64,000 nt of DNA from Kudoa neothunni (Eukaryota; Animalia; Cnidaria): the NCBI GenBank assembly GCA_964304625.1, contig OZ199839.1, positions 1,314,221 to 1,378,220 of the forward strand, read 5' to 3'. The first letter of the stretch is position 1; each line of letters starts with the position of its first letter. The notes beneath the pieces were generated by a model. The model made no database searches and had not been told where the DNA came from. It saw only the letters and a list, made by a program, of their open reading frames with translations. The position numbers and the translations under genes were made by a program. Shown piece after piece: positions 25,281-39,819 of this stretch.

Positions 25281-28200
25281 TTATTTAGTTTTGAGTTGTT
25301 TGAGGTTGGAAATTTCTAAGGAGATATTTCTGATGATGGACTTTTTGACCATGTCGATTACGTTGAGTTCTTCTTGGATTAAAACAAAATATGATTCCTA
25401 TTAATATGAAAGACTTTAACAATAAGCAATGTGAGAATAAGAAACCTCTAAAGTGTTCGATGATTGTGTAACTTTCTCGGCAATTTTACCATCACAATAC
25501 TCCAAAATGATTCCAAGGGACGTTTCCAGAACCAATGATAATAAATTGCTTGTGTTTATTAGTTCGTAAGGGATCTGTTTCAGTATATTTTCAATAACAA
25601 TAATTGCGAGCAAATGGAAGGTTTTCCATTTGTTCGTATTGGGTATATCTCGAAAAGTTTGAAACAACGGAATTAAGGCCTCAAGAGTTATCTCGCTGTA
25701 CAGTGGTGTTAAGTGACCGATCCATTTAATTATGCAATCGAACCGATTTGAATCTAGTTCATATTTATTCTCTTCGTCCAAAAAATGGTTGGAATGACCA
25801 GTTGATTCTAATATTAATGAAGTCTCTTGGTGTTGAATATCGAGAACAATTAATCTATTTATGATCTCCCCAATGCAAATAATATCTTGATAAACTAATG
25901 AGTTATCGTATCCAGAAAATAGAATGACTATATTTAGGAGCACATTTAATACGTTGAATGTATTCTCATTTAGGTTATTTTTCATTATTCTAAAAAGTTC
26001 AGGTTTGAAATATTTTTCCCAGACATTAATTGTGTCGTCCACATCTCCAAAGTTTAAACCATAGCTCAGCAATAAATGGACATTTTTTAATAAACACAGA
26101 TAGATAGAATCAACATTCATGTGTACTAAAATAGCATGAATAATTTTGAGGCAGTCTGAATGAAATTGATCAAACTCGAAAGTATACAGTTCAAGTAAAA
26201 TCGCAACTAAATTGCAAACAAAACTGATTCCTCCATCACACTCCTCTTCGAAGCAGTTGGAGCAGCCGAAAGGAACAGGGATAGATTGAGCTTGTTCATT
26301 ATTGTGGTGTAACGATAAAACGATCTCTTTGATTTCCAAAAGAAATTGTACAATAGAAAACCTAATTTTTGGAAATAGAGTCCAAATGAATTCCGAGTCA
26401 TATCTACACAAGCTTTCTATTAGGGGAAAAAAGCATGGTTGGATTTCGATGTCGTCTAAGGAAAAATCGTGTGTGATGTTGAAGTTATCAATATAATTTA
26501 TGACCAATAAGAAAACTTGTGGGCATTGATAAGAATGATGCTTTATCACACGTTTGAGACTATTTATCACGTTGTGAACCAAAGGTTTTAAATCAGGTGA
26601 ACAATAAATCTTTTCTAACATCGCAAGTAGATTTTTTGTGATACTCAAAATGTGAGGAATTTCATCGATATCCATCAATCCATAAATGCAGTCGAAATTT
26701 TCACAAATCGATTCGCAAACAAGTTTCATCAATACCACTTCCTTATTTCCAAAAAATTCATCAAACAAACTTGAAAACAATTTAAATATATGATCATCAA
26801 AATCTTCATGGAAAATCCAAGGGGCCTGGTTTATGATGCGGGCCATAGTGTGCATAGACAAAAGTTTAATATATGTGCAGTTGTGGCTCGTTGCGGTGTA
26901 CAAAATAAACAATAATGTTTGTTTAATATAGGAGACATAATTAAATTCAAATGATACAACACACAAAGTTTTGGCATATCTAATAGCGGAGTACACAATT
27001 ACTGGATTTTTGCTTAATAGTAACGGTCTAATAACTTTAAAGGTTTTCCAACAATGAATAAGTTTTTCTGTTGTTGTAGCTGTATTCACAAATATTAAAA
27101 GGGAATCAATTGATGTAGAAACAAATTTCCAATTAGAAGATTTGAGAAAATGTGTTGCTTTCACGAACAACACAATAAACAAAGTTTTTTTTTGAAAGGA
27201 ATGAAAAATTTCACCAAAACAAAATGAGGGAACTGTTTTATCCAGTTGTGAAAAAAAATCCTGGGATTTGATATTATCGTTGAACCAATGCTTTGGATTA
27301 TTGGGATATGATTGTGCCTGGGAAACTAATAAATTATGAACTAAAGTAGGAAAGTGGTGTAAACAATTTTCATTAATGTAATCGGAAAAGTATCGGAAAA
27401 ATTCAGCGATCCATTTGTAAAATTTTATCATTACAGCACGTTCAATTTTTATGTTGGTTAACAGAGTGAGCATTTGTTGCAAAATGTCGTTAACATAAGG
27501 TCTAAAAACTTCGTGTCTATTATTAAGTATTAGAAGTAAGTTGTCTATTAGAAAGTATCCATTTGTTGTTGAAATCAATGCTTCCATCGTGACCATTAGT
27601 GAAGGTGTTAATTTGGAAAAGGTTCCAATGCAAGAATCAGATTTATATGTTGACAATAATTTGCGAAAGAGGTAAATTGATAAAAGAGCAACCTATATTT
27701 TATTTTATTTATGATTTACAAAAAATTTAATCATCTTTAAACTATATTGCAATTTAGTTTCTATTAACAATTTACATGTAGATTTAAAATTATATGCAGT
27801 CGAACCTCGATTATCTGGAAAATTTGGGATCAACAATTTTCTTTCCGGATAATCAAACATTTATCGACACGTAATATCAATATAATCCAGATATAATTTA
27901 AAATTTCGGCAAATTTACATTATTGAGGGCCTGCATCGGGTCTAGCCGGAAAGCATAGGTAAAAAGAAAAAATGAAAGTTTTTTCGACTTGTAGACTTTA
28001 TATTCCACTGAAAATATAAAGGAAGGATAGTTTGCACATTTATAAAAGAAATGATGATTAATTTCGTTGTCTAAACTATGTTTTTGCGTTTATTGCCGAC
28101 TTGGGTCCCCAATAATGTAGATTATCCAAAATTTCTTCCGGATAGTGCTATTTTCGGATAATCGAGGTTCAATTGTATTAGTTATAATTAAATTCATACT

Positions 28201-28898
28201 TCTGGTTTATCTGAACACTTTTTCAAACAATCCATAAACAGTCGGTAATACTGTGGCAATTGCAGTTGTGTGGTCTTGCCAAATATGCTGGGACATTTCC
28301 TAAATAATACTAATGATGAAGTTTGATGGAGAGCTATTTAAATACAGGCATAATTCGCAAACCATTCTAATTAGTCTTGACTTTTTGGACGTTACACAGT
28401 CGACAAATAAATCAGCGATCGGTTCCCATTTGTTTTGGTTGTTCGTATTAATAACAAAAATAAGTCTGAGACACAACGAAAATAATTCGAGTTGATATTC
28501 CTCATTATCTTCGGCAACCATTGAGTTAATAATGGATAACATTGACGCGGTTGCTAATGTAACCGAAATGTTTTTTAAATCAAAGCAGTTGGAAAATATT
28601 ATCCTAAGTTGTAACATTGCCGTTCTCCTTATCTAAACATTTAATGTATTTTGATTCTAGGTGATAAATCCAAACATGGTTTGAGTTTTGAGAAGATAAC
28701 GCCCGTAGAAGAAGCTGGATTTGCTTTCTAATTGAAATAAAATAAGTCCCAGGCTTCAAAATTAATCTAAATAGGCAAAAATGTAGTTTACACTTCCGGA
28801 ATGTCGTCCTCAAAAAAACAATCTTCTTCTCGTTCTCCCAAAATAGACCAAAACTCATTGATATCAATTGCTTGAAAATTATTTTCATCTAGGTTCAT
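25281..28898 (-). CDS. Diverged importin-5-derived HEAT-repeat protein, paralog P2 (six exons, intact)
   Basis: ATG 28898. Exon 2 has the same length as in importin-5 (QLLL..L.SQ); exon 4 is KCPSIFG...KPE. 746-aa main ORF with the same intron positions. Last exon stops at 25281. Confidence 0.82.
27797..28175. mobile_element. pogo/Tigger-type MITE in intron 4 of P2
   Basis: TIR CAGTCGAACCTCGATTATC vs GATAATCGAGGTTCAATTG|TA, plus an inner inverted repeat TACATTATTG.GG.CC (~27917 and ~28105). Confidence 0.75.
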
Positions 28899-31637
28899 CT
28901 CTCTAGAATAAAAATTAAATAATAACTTGAATTCTTTGATTTAAATACTGCAAATATAAATTAAATTCTGATGGTTGAAAACTCTGATAGCACTCACTCG
29001 TTTGTTTAGAATGATTCTTTATTCTCGTATTTATATAACAACCAATTAATTAGTTATTTGACTATTGGAAAATTCTTTGTTTCGTCAATTTCTATATTGG
29101 TATCAAACAATATTAATTCAGTGATTTATTTACTAGTCATTATTAGCGGGTAATTGAACTATGTGAGACGAAGTATTATCTATTTTTTATTATTTCGATT
29201 AGATCATTATTTCACTAATTAACAGAGGTGCTCGCAGCCCCCAAAGATCTGAATAATTATCGTTAAAAATGCAAAATTTAGCTCCAACTTAATATAATAA
29301 CTGTTTTAGCCGTTTTTTTTTATTTTGTTCGTTGATTTTCACAAAATTACCTAGTGTTTTACCTTGGAAATTAGTTTCTCGGAAGTCTAGTTGACAATAA
29401 CTGGTGATGGCAATACATCAATATGATTCCTGAAAACGATATGTTTATTTTGTTATCCAAAATAGAGTCATGTATTGAATTATTATTAAACAAATGGAGA
29501 AAAAAGAAATGACGTGGAATTAATTAAAAAAATAGTGAACTCTATTTGTTTGGGCTTTTGAGGAAACTGCATATGGATTTCTCCACTGTTTTTTAGTATA
29601 ATTCATTAAATAAAACGCATTAGTTTTTTATATTATACGATGAGTGACCAGTTTTTTGTACATTTTTCAATCTACATGAGGATTGGATTACGACGTGCGG
29701 TCGTCTACTGTAATATTTTTGTCTAAACTCTTTCTAAGTGTGCGATTGCTGACTATATTTTACAATGAACTAAAAAATATTGTCCAAAAATAAATATACC
29801 TCGATTGCTGGTTGAGTCATGATACAACAAAATATTTTTAATTATTTGTTTAATAAAATTTCAGATGGCTGGTTGAGTTAATAACTAAAAATGAAATTGA
29901 TGAAATTTAATAAAATTTGTATCTAATGTATAAACTTAAGCAGTAGTAAAAAATTATTGAAGGTTTTTCAGTGGAGGTATTTATAGTCGTTTAAATATTT
30001 CAAATCATTATTAGATATTAGACCTGAAATTAGCTTTAATTTTTTGATAGGATGCGAGAATAAGGCATGTAGAGAAGCACTAGTTTAGCTGGCGTGCTTA
30101 TGTTTATCGTGTTCAGTTATCGAGATAAAGAAGAAATATTTACAGAAAGCTTTTAAAAAAATGACATATGGCTAGCACCGATGAATTATTCAGAATAAGT
30201 AACCAGTTTAAATCCCAACAATTTCCACACAATTTTCTAAACTCATTTATACTGCATAAATGTCATATTAGCATTAGAATTATATTAATTTTGGAATGTT
30301 TCATGAATTTTAGGAGAATTTAGAAGGAAAATAAATTAGATAATAGTCAAAATAAACATCACGTGATTAGCATTTTTTCATATTTCTATAAGTGAACCTT
30401 GTTTGTGAATGTTTTTTTAATTTTTTAATAACTTAAATATAAATAATCTATTTATACATAAAATAATGTAATAATATAGCTCGCCTTTTTAACAAACAAA
30501 AAACAACCATTATGATGCAATTAACATGTTATAAATTAACGTACTAAATGAAATTCAAAAAAATGAGTACTTATGTAAGCTAGAAAGGTTGAAGGAATGT
30601 AGTTCGTAGAATAATTGGTTTTCTACGCTGAACCTGTTTATAACTGAATTCGATGGAAGCAACTCAAAAAAATTTAGATCTTCGTACCTACCAAATAAAT
30701 TAAATCGTATTATAGGAGATTATGTTTCCACATATACCTGAATGTTTATTCCTTTACATAAAAAAATACAATTAAATTTTTATTTCGGAACTGCCTTCTT
30801 AAGTCAAATGATCACTTCTAATCGGGTTGCTAAAACAAACATATACGGGATAATTGGTCCAATATATTTACTAAATTAATGAGCTTACCGCATTAAACCA
30901 GAAATATTAATATATAAAATTTAAATTTAAAATGTCTAATGTAATTAATGAATTAGTTATGTAATAACAGATAATATCAGTAGTAAAATTTCTAGGTATC
31001 AAAAAGGGGTGTCAAAATCTTGAAAACTGATAAAAATATGCCTTTTATCAGAGATTTTTTGTAAAATTTGAATTATATGCACTAGACGTCAATAAAAATT
31101 ATCATTTACATGAAAAAAACAAGATAAAACGGTCCAATGACTAGTTTTACAGACTTTTCCCCATTTCCAAAAGGACTAATTAAACTGGTTACCTAGTGTA
31201 ATGTTTCTTTTCATATATGTTACAACATAAAATAAAGATGAAGTGTCCGTTTATAATAATCATTAAGATTCTATATTTTGTGGTTCAATTAATCAAGAAG
31301 TTATTTAATTGAATTTTAATGCGATTCCGATCTACATGGCCAAGAATCTGACCCCTAAAATCAATTGAGTCTAAGTAATTAAATTTTTCTAATTAAAGGA
31401 TTTTAAGTTTATTAAATATCTATATTGCTGCAAATAAAAAGGATAGCATACATGTTTTTTCTAAGTAACCAGACTTTGGTTACTACGCAATTTAAATGTC
31501 ACAACTTTAATTGCTAGCAGATCAAATTAGGGGTGTACCTAATAAGAAAATCGTGAATTTGATCAAAAAGATAAGGATATAATGTATTCTGGAGCATTTC
31601 AAGATGTACATTATGTTGATAATTTTATTAATCATTA

Positions 31638-32960
31638 CTGGTTTTCGAATCCAAAACCGGACTTGTTGCAATCATAACCAGATTCATTGCAATCGAAACC
31701 GGAATATCTTAGCGTGTGTTTATTAAAAAAAATTTCTATTTATTTAAAAGAGCTAGAAAAATAAGGAGTTTATATGTATTTATATATATATTAGTACTAA
31801 ATATATATGTTGTTTGAATCTAGTTACGGTTGATATCCATTAAGAAAAAACTTGGTTCAAAGAATGTTTCTGCATGTTGTAAATAACCTTTTGGATTATT
31901 CTCATTTACCATGTTAGAGGCATTTCTCATCCGATTCAGGAGATCTTCCCCTCCTCGAATTGGAGTATTTCTCCGATCATTTGCCTTTATTTGAGCAAAT
32001 ACCTCCTCACAAGGGTTAAGAAAGAGAGAATACCTCGGCAGGAAATGAATTTCATAGGGAAAGGTATAGTAAATATCCTGGATAGAGTGGTGAAATCGAA
32101 CATTATCCATGATAACAATATAATTATAGCCATCTCCTATAATATCTAGAGGGATTGACAAAAACTTTTTGAACATATTCCCAGAAACGATGCCAAGGGC
32201 GGCTTCATAGTTAATAATATTGATTGCGTTCACCGCGAGTATCATCGTCACATTGGAACCTCGATTGTTCGAAATTACAATGTTTGGATTTTTACCTCGC
32301 AAAGCGCGGTCATGGTTCGTCATCATGTGTAGGGAAAAAGGGCTCTCATCAACACAAATTATATTTTTGTACGCATTTCGATAGGAATTCTGGTATACCA
32401 ATAGGCGCAAAGTTTCCTCTCGTCTATTACAGCGGGGATATTCCTACTAACTGGAATAGGTCTAACAACTTTATACGTGTAGTTTAATTTTTTGAGCCAT
32501 CTACATACAATGGATGGGTGAATTGCGATGTCTAATTTTTCAATTAAACTCTGAATTCTTAGAGTGCAATTGTCTTCAAGTAGTTTTATTAATTTATCTT
32601 TAAGTTCTCGTGCTACGGCAAGATTTCTCATCTCTCCGCGTACAGTCTTTTTGGATGTATCAGTCACTTTATATTTTTTATCAAATCACTCATTGTCGAT
32701 TTAAGAATCCCTAGATACTCCGAAACGTCTTTCTGACACTTCCTTTTATTCACAACAAGATGGCAAGCAAGAGCTCTTTTATCTTCGGGTGATGTATTTT
32801 TCGTGGCATCATGAAAGTTGCTTGTTTTTTATCTGTTTTTAATTGCGATAAATCTAATTTCAGTTACATCGAATTTGGTTTCAACTGCCAAAAATCTTGT
32901 TTCAGTTACAACGAATCCGGTTGTGATTGCAACAAGTCCGGTGCTGGATGCAATAACCGG
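31638..32960 (-). mobile_element. IS630-Tc1-mariner element with a frameshifted DDE transposase (31820-32810)
   Basis: VDESPF, IMDNVRFH, LPRYSLFLNPCEEVF motifs; HTH in 32359-32667. TIRs are built from ~22-bp ACCGGA..GCAATC repeats, with TA flanks. Confidence 0.88.
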
Positions 32961-33718
32961 TATAAATAAACATTAAATATAATAAATTATACCAGTATTA
33001 AAGTAGTTATTAACCCTCGGAAGACGGACCTCGAAAAACTTACGCGTGAGTCGAAGGGGGACCTAAGATACCTCAGAGATTTTTCAACTTAATTCGTTCG
33101 CGAGGATATAAATTTTGTTTTGTGTAGTTATCACTTAAATTAATATAAAAGTAACCGTCCAGCATTTACAAATATTTAACCAGCTATGAAAAAACACAAG
33201 CAATTTGTAGTCATCACTTTTAAGAAAAAAAGCGAGAATAAGCAAGAAATTACTCAAAAATATAGGTTATGTTTGCATATAGCTATTAGTTAATTATTTG
33301 AAAATTTAAGGTTGGTTTTCTAGTGAATTTTTCATCTGAAGTGAACAACCGATAAACTGCCACAACAAAGATATCCGAAATTTTTCTTTGATCTCATTGT
33401 TCGATCGTGATATTAAATCGCAGGAATATTTCCTTTCCTTCAAACAACTACCTTTTCCGTGATAATTTTTATTAGATGATAAAAACCATGGCTGGTATAA
33501 AAAGAAAAATCCGGTTGGAACAAAATTAAATATTAATCGACCTATCCCTTCAAAATTAATATACTACTAAGGGCGCTCGTATCTTGCAATAATCTCAGGA
33601 TAATCTCCAAACATGTCAGTTTTTCCAGTAGAAAATAAAATCAAAACTTAATCATGCTCTTATTCCTTTTATTCATTCAACAATTAATTTTTAATTAAAA
33701 TTAAATAAATAACAAATA

Positions 33719-34848
33719 CTAGCGCGAACTGCCCAGCGTTGCTTGGGGAAGATTTCGCTTAGAGACATTTTTAATAGCATTCAAAAAATATGTTGAAGTT
33801 TCGATTTAACCCATAGAAACAAAATACAAAATAACTAAAAAATTTTAAACAACATACTTAACGAGTTGGATTATGAAATTGTAAATTATGGTCATTTCTT
33901 TGAACGAGTGTTCCAATCCCGGCGTTCATTAAAAATTTCGTGTCTCGGCACCAACGCTAAGTAAGTTAAGAGTAGCATCGTGTTTTCTTCATTCCCGAAT
34001 TATTTAAGTCTCGTTAAAATGTTACCCTAAACGTTATTTCTGGCCCGGCTCAGAAGGTTTGTGCACCACTGTTTACGGGAGACAAATAAATAGAAAAAGT
34101 AATAGAAATCGAAGAAAACGTATGAATGCTAATTGATATTATTAAAATTAGCATCGCTTGGCCCGGCATAAACATTAGTGCATTATTCCAAAACGAACTA
34201 CTAAAAATCGCTTCAATCTAAACATAAATAACTTATATAATTAGATGAAATAAGGGTACAACCATCTGCATCGAACTTAATCACGGTAAGTTAAATTTAG
34301 CGGACGATTTCAATGAAATCTACGGACGCAGTATTTCCATTATAAAGCTTCAGTCAATATGATTTTAACATTCTCCATCAATTCGTTATTAATTAAACAT
34401 ATATAAATTTTCATCATATCTAAAAACCATTAATAGAATCTTCAAAATGTGTTTATCATGTCAAATACGTTAAAACTCCACAAATAAGGAGTGTATCTGC
34501 ACGAATGTCTAAATTTATATACAAATTTAGATAACAACAGTTAACCAACATTTGGTAAGGCATATAAGCAGGAAAGTTAACTCCAACCGACCACCAGCAG
34601 GTCATAAGTAGGTGTTAATCCTATTGTTGTACTCAAGTAATCCGTTAAAAAAAACTTTGAATGGACAAAATTACCATTTTCTAAACACTCCTTTTAACAT
34701 TTGATAATGTTAAAACGATTTAAATATTTTCTGAAACATTGAAATTTTTTAAAAAATTTCATAAATGTCTCTTTATAAGGAAAAAATTAGGACGTACGTG
34801 CGTATTTGCTGACACACACGGTTACTTCAATTTTATATATATAGTAGA
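33719..34848 (-). mobile_element. Non-autonomous Helitron
   Basis: On the minus strand: 5' TC(TACTATATATA), 3' hairpin CCCAAGCAACGCTGGG then CTAG, inserted between A and T. Confidence 0.8.
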
Positions 34849-34977
34849 TAGAAGAATTTAACAATTGTAATATCCTGTGTATCCTCCTAAAATAAATAGC
34901 ATTTTATAATTGTTCAATCAAAATTCGAAAAATTAGAATAAACAACGATATACACAAAAAACATACACTTGGTGTTT

Positions 34978-35990
34978 TTGGGGTCAATTTGACCCCAAAG
35001 TTTTTATTGCATTAATGATAACAGAATATTTAAAGAATTGAATGGTTGAGTTAGGTTGAATTCTGAAGGCAGAATACTGAGAAAATAATGAAAACATGTA
35101 AACGAGGTCATACGCGACGACACGGATGCATCCGTTTTACCGCGCCATTTACACGAAGTTACCCGAAACATTATGACCAAGGTCTAAGGAAAGCCTTGAT
35201 GAGATTTTTCCCACTGATTATGAGAGCGACTCTAACGAATTATATTATGTTACTTATTTTAATTGTCGGAAATCAAATTCTGGTGGATCTGGCGATAAAA
35301 ATGAGCATTTGAATTTGTTTTGCGATAAGACTAATGTTTATAGCCTAAATTATATACAAAGGGCGATATACAAAAATCCATATTGTTAACGTGTGATCCA
35401 AGCTGGATTAAAATGGTTAAGTGACTATTTTTACTTTTTTCCCGATCTCGAGGGGCTTACGTAAAAATGATTACCAACTATATGAAATTAATTTGTTACT
35501 CACGTTACAAATGAACTTAATTTATCAACATTTTAGTAATAAACTAAATTAAATTATTTTGACGCGTCAAAAATTGATTTATCTCACTAATTCGTTACAA
35601 CAAAATCCAAGTCGACTAAACCACAGGTTGCGCCAACAAATTCACACAAATTCGAATTTTTTGTATATACGAAATGTAAATCCTTGTTAAAATATGAAAG
35701 AAGTTTGTCGATAAATTTTTATTGAATTTTACATGTGATTACATATCTATTTATCGCATTTAACAATGTAATGACTGCCTGAGATCCTTTTTACCCCAAA
35801 GCCCGTTGGAAGAGAAAAATTTTGTTTGAAGATACAATCAATATTCCACATAAACTTTAAGAATCTATTTATAAAAATAATGTAGAAGAATAGAAGAAAT
35901 TTTAAGTATCTCAAATAATTATTAAATATTTTATGAAAAAATTAAAATCCGTTTGGGGTCTAAAAGACCCCAAGCCCGTTAGAGGATTAA
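34978..35990. mobile_element. Probable piggyBac-type MITE
   Basis: Subterminal palindromes GGGGTC-N5-GACCCC at ~34980 and ~35955; ends in TTAA. The left boundary is unclear. Confidence 0.45.
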
Positions 35991-36586
35991 GGAAAAAATT
36001 GTTTTTGAATTTAGTTTAAGGTTTATTTGATATTGAAAGATTAAATGGAAAATAAAAAGGTAAAAATAGAAATTTCGAAAAATAAATTAATTGGGGTTCC
36101 TAAAATATCACGTCTGTCCCGTAAGAATTAATAAGAGCCAACAACAAACTTTATTTCAAAATAGGTAGATATTATTTAACTAGTTAAAATCTAACAAAAT
36201 ACTTTGTATCAACTAGTAGAATATCGTCCCTCCTCATTTTCTATTTTAATAATAAATGTTTTCTAGAGATTGAAACAGTTAATCCATTATCATTATTTTT
36301 ATTTACGCCAAGTTATTTTTTTCAGTGTTGCACAAAAATTATGGTAATTCAAAGTTTTGTTAAAAATAATCAAGAAAAATCGACGTGATCTAAAGAAATA
36401 GCAGAACATAGTCAATGTACGTTTGAAAATTTCAAATGTTAATAAATAATTACGTCATATCTATATTGCTCATAAAACTAAATTATTCTATCTACATTTT
36501 ATATTGCAAATAGACAAACGCTAAAAAACAGAAAAATTTCATTATTTTTCGCATATCGTAAATAAAGAAGAGTTTAGAAAAACATG

Positions 36587-39500
36587 TTATTCATTAACAA
36601 GGAGTTTTTCAATAATTGATTTTTTGTTTGGGTCTATATTTTCTAAATTATCCTCAAAAAACATATTGAAGTTGCTCTAAAAATAAAAATAATACTACAG
36701 AAATATTCAACTGAATAACCTTTATCTTTTTTATTATTAATCTTGATTTTTTCGTTACGTCGTCATCGTAGGACGCTGGCAATACCTCGAGGGAATAATT
36801 CCAAATATCTAGCAATATTCCACACTTCTTGACTATCTCTGGTGGTACCAAATCAAGAGTATCCTCTGATATAAGTAACAAAAATTTTATGAACTTATCC
36901 CAATTGTCTGTTTTGGGATAGTGCATAAGTGATTTGAACATAGGAATCACAGCATCGATAATAATTTCTCTATTCATTCTCATTACTTCATGAATTAACT
37001 TATGAAAATTTTCTAAGCTATCATTAATATCGACAGTCTCTAATATTTTGAGGACATTTGAATGCTCAGTTTCGGGTTTATCGTCGCATTGTAATAGGTC
37101 CTCATTCTTCCGAATGAGCACAGCAATTGCAAGAGAGAAAATTTCTCCGAGTTTTTCAATGTCACCGGTATTCAAGACATTTTCGAAACTAGGTATAGTG
37201 ATGCATTCCCTTAGCACACTCAATAGCTTGATTATTATCGATTTGGAAGAATTTTTAATGCAGTTCAGGAATTCGTTCTTGAGGTGACTATTCCACACAT
37301 TGATGGCACCCTCGGCATTTCCATACAAGACAGCGCAATTGAGCAATTTATGAACACTCTTTGCAGTGGTGTAATAAATGGATTCATTTGAGGCATTCTT
37401 GAATATTTCAGAAAGAATACTTAGCTCAATTTCTACATTCCCATGGAATTCATCAGGATAGTTTTCGACCAAAATGGTGGCGAATACACACAACCAATGT
37501 ATAACCCCGAGGTAGTCGTCGCAAAAGCATCTAGTACAACCATATAAAGGAGAAGTTTTTAAAATTTCAGTTAAATCCCCTTCACCGGATTCACTAACCA
37601 CCGGAACTATATCAGAGAGAATCGTGGCTATCGACGATTTCAGCTTGGGAAATAATGGCAGTAAACCTGATGGTTTATGTTTAGCGAATTTCTTTATCAA
37701 TGAAAAGAAACAAGGTAAAATGTCAATTCTTTGTTTTGATAACTTATTTGAATTACTAAAGCCTAATATATAAAATATGACTGATGAGAAATTTTTTTCA
37801 ATTTCATGTGGTGGACTATCCGAAACGACCTTATAGAGGTAACCTGCCAAGCAATGACCTTCGTAACCAAAACTAATGGATGTTAGCTCGATTTTGCGCA
37901 ATATTTTAAAAATATCGTCGATTATTTCGTTGTGGAAATGGGAGGTGGATTGAAAAATTCGAAGTATACCATCTAAAATTAGAGGCGTAGTATTTATCAA
38001 CCGCATCGTCAAATCATTGTCATTAGAGTTGAAAATAAAATCTGACAAGGCGGTAAAAAGCTTCATCGTTCCATCCAATGTAAGCTCAAGTTTGTCGCAC
38101 TGACAATTCATGTATATATTGTCCACAGCATTTATCGCTACTATTTTTAGGTAGGCATTGCTTTGATTTGTTGCCGCTACTATAATTAACGCCAAAGCTT
38201 CTTGGTGTAATCTAACATATTTTTCTCGGTGGAAACTAACACACAATACTTCGGTTAGTTTTATAGTGGAATATCGAATTTTAGGATTATCACTGTAATA
38301 ATAAGGTGTCGCTGTTCGAATCACCTCCCGAGGGTCACAGAGTACACTTTGGCGTGAACAATAGGCAAATATGCACAATATTTCGAGAGCCGTATCAATC
38401 CATTTCCAATCAGATGATTTTATACACTCATCCACCCGTTTCTTTAACAAAGCGTAGAGAAGTTCACTTTCAAGTGAACACAAAATATCAGTCAAATAAG
38501 ACTGTGTTAATGATAGATCATTCATTAAGAAAGTATCGCATTTTTCGAAATTGTCTGTAAACCATTGTTCTGGTTGGTTCGGATAGGATCCAATATGAAA
38601 ACAGAATGCATTATCAATAAAAGTTGGTATAATATTTTCGCAGTTGTTTCTAACTTCTTCGGGAAAATGCATAATAAACTCTTTGGTCCATTTATATACC
38701 TCCAGAAGGACTGGTATTTCAACGCTGCTGTTTTTTTGAAGTTTCACTACTGTTTCGATTATCTGTTTGGAATAATTTCCAAAACAAACAATTCCAATAT
38801 TCTAACATAGTTTGCATATGTTCCATAAACCAAAATCCCATCACTAGTAGGCACAAAATTTTCCATTGCGTTCATTATTTGTGGAACCAACCTGGAAAAT
38901 GTTTCAACGCAAAAATCATCAGATAAATGATTAGATAAATAATTTAGGATATCCACTGCAAGCCGTGCAAGCTAAAATACAGTTTTTAATCGAAATATAT
39001 TAAATAGAATATTAAATTATTAACAAAATAATTGAGTATCACAACAAAAATATGGATTCAACCGAAAAAGATTACTGATAGGTAGAGTTATTAACAAATT
39101 CAATTATGAGTGGATATTTATACATTCGGGTTTCCTTTAATTTTTCTAAAGCATTCCGTGAAAAATAGATTGTATTGTTCACATTGATCTTTCATGTTTT
39201 CTCCAAACAATGTGCGAGAATTTCTACAATTAAAAGTTACATATTTATAAATTGAGAATTTATTTTACATTAAAAAGTTTTTTGCAAAATTGTACTGAAA
39301 TGGCTTATTAGTAGCCAGAAAACGGTCAGCTAACTCAATTATAACTTCCCATTTGTTTATTTTATTTTTGTTGACCACTTTCATAACAGTAAAGCACACC
39401 GATAATAATTTTTTTTATGCGCTTCCATTTCTTCAATAACTAGAAGATTAAAAATATTTGACTTTATTTCAGTGATTAAGGCCTCTGAAGCATGATTTTC

Positions 39501-39819
39501 CGTGAGAAACGAGGCGCATAAATTTTCTAGAATCGATGATGCTGTTTCTTTTAACTTTACGTAGGTCATATAAACGGAAAAATTGAAATGTACCTTATAA
39601 GGTTGTTGAGAGGACAAAACTTCGAGTAGCAGTTGTATTCTCTGGTTGATCGGGAATAAATTCAATTTTATCTATAATCACCATTTTATCTAAGCATTAC
39701 TTACAGCATTACCTCTTGCAAACCATCCTTTGTGTCGTCCTTATTATCCAGTTCATTTAAAATTGTGCAAAATTTAAAAAAGTCCGACTTTTCACAATCA
39801 TTTCGTTCAGTAGACTCAT
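36587..39819 (-). CDS. Diverged importin-5-derived protein, paralog P3; 5' exons carry homopolymer frameshifts (pseudogene or consensus error)
   Basis: 697-aa uninterrupted ORF with the same exon structure. Single-base indels near 39817, 39412, 39365, 38838 and 38777 are needed to restore alignment. Confidence 0.75.

Larger units (their letters stand above)
33014..36127. mobile_element. piggyBac-like family R copy carrying nested insertions
   Basis: TTAA|CCCTCGGAAGACGGAC left end. Right end GGGGTTCCTAAAATA..GTCTGTCCCGTAAGAA|TTAA. Confidence 0.7.

Noticed and set aside
16732-39819. Paralogs P1-P3 as retrogenes because of their long single ORFs
   Set aside because: The long ORF corresponds to the parent's long exon 5, and all five introns are retained.
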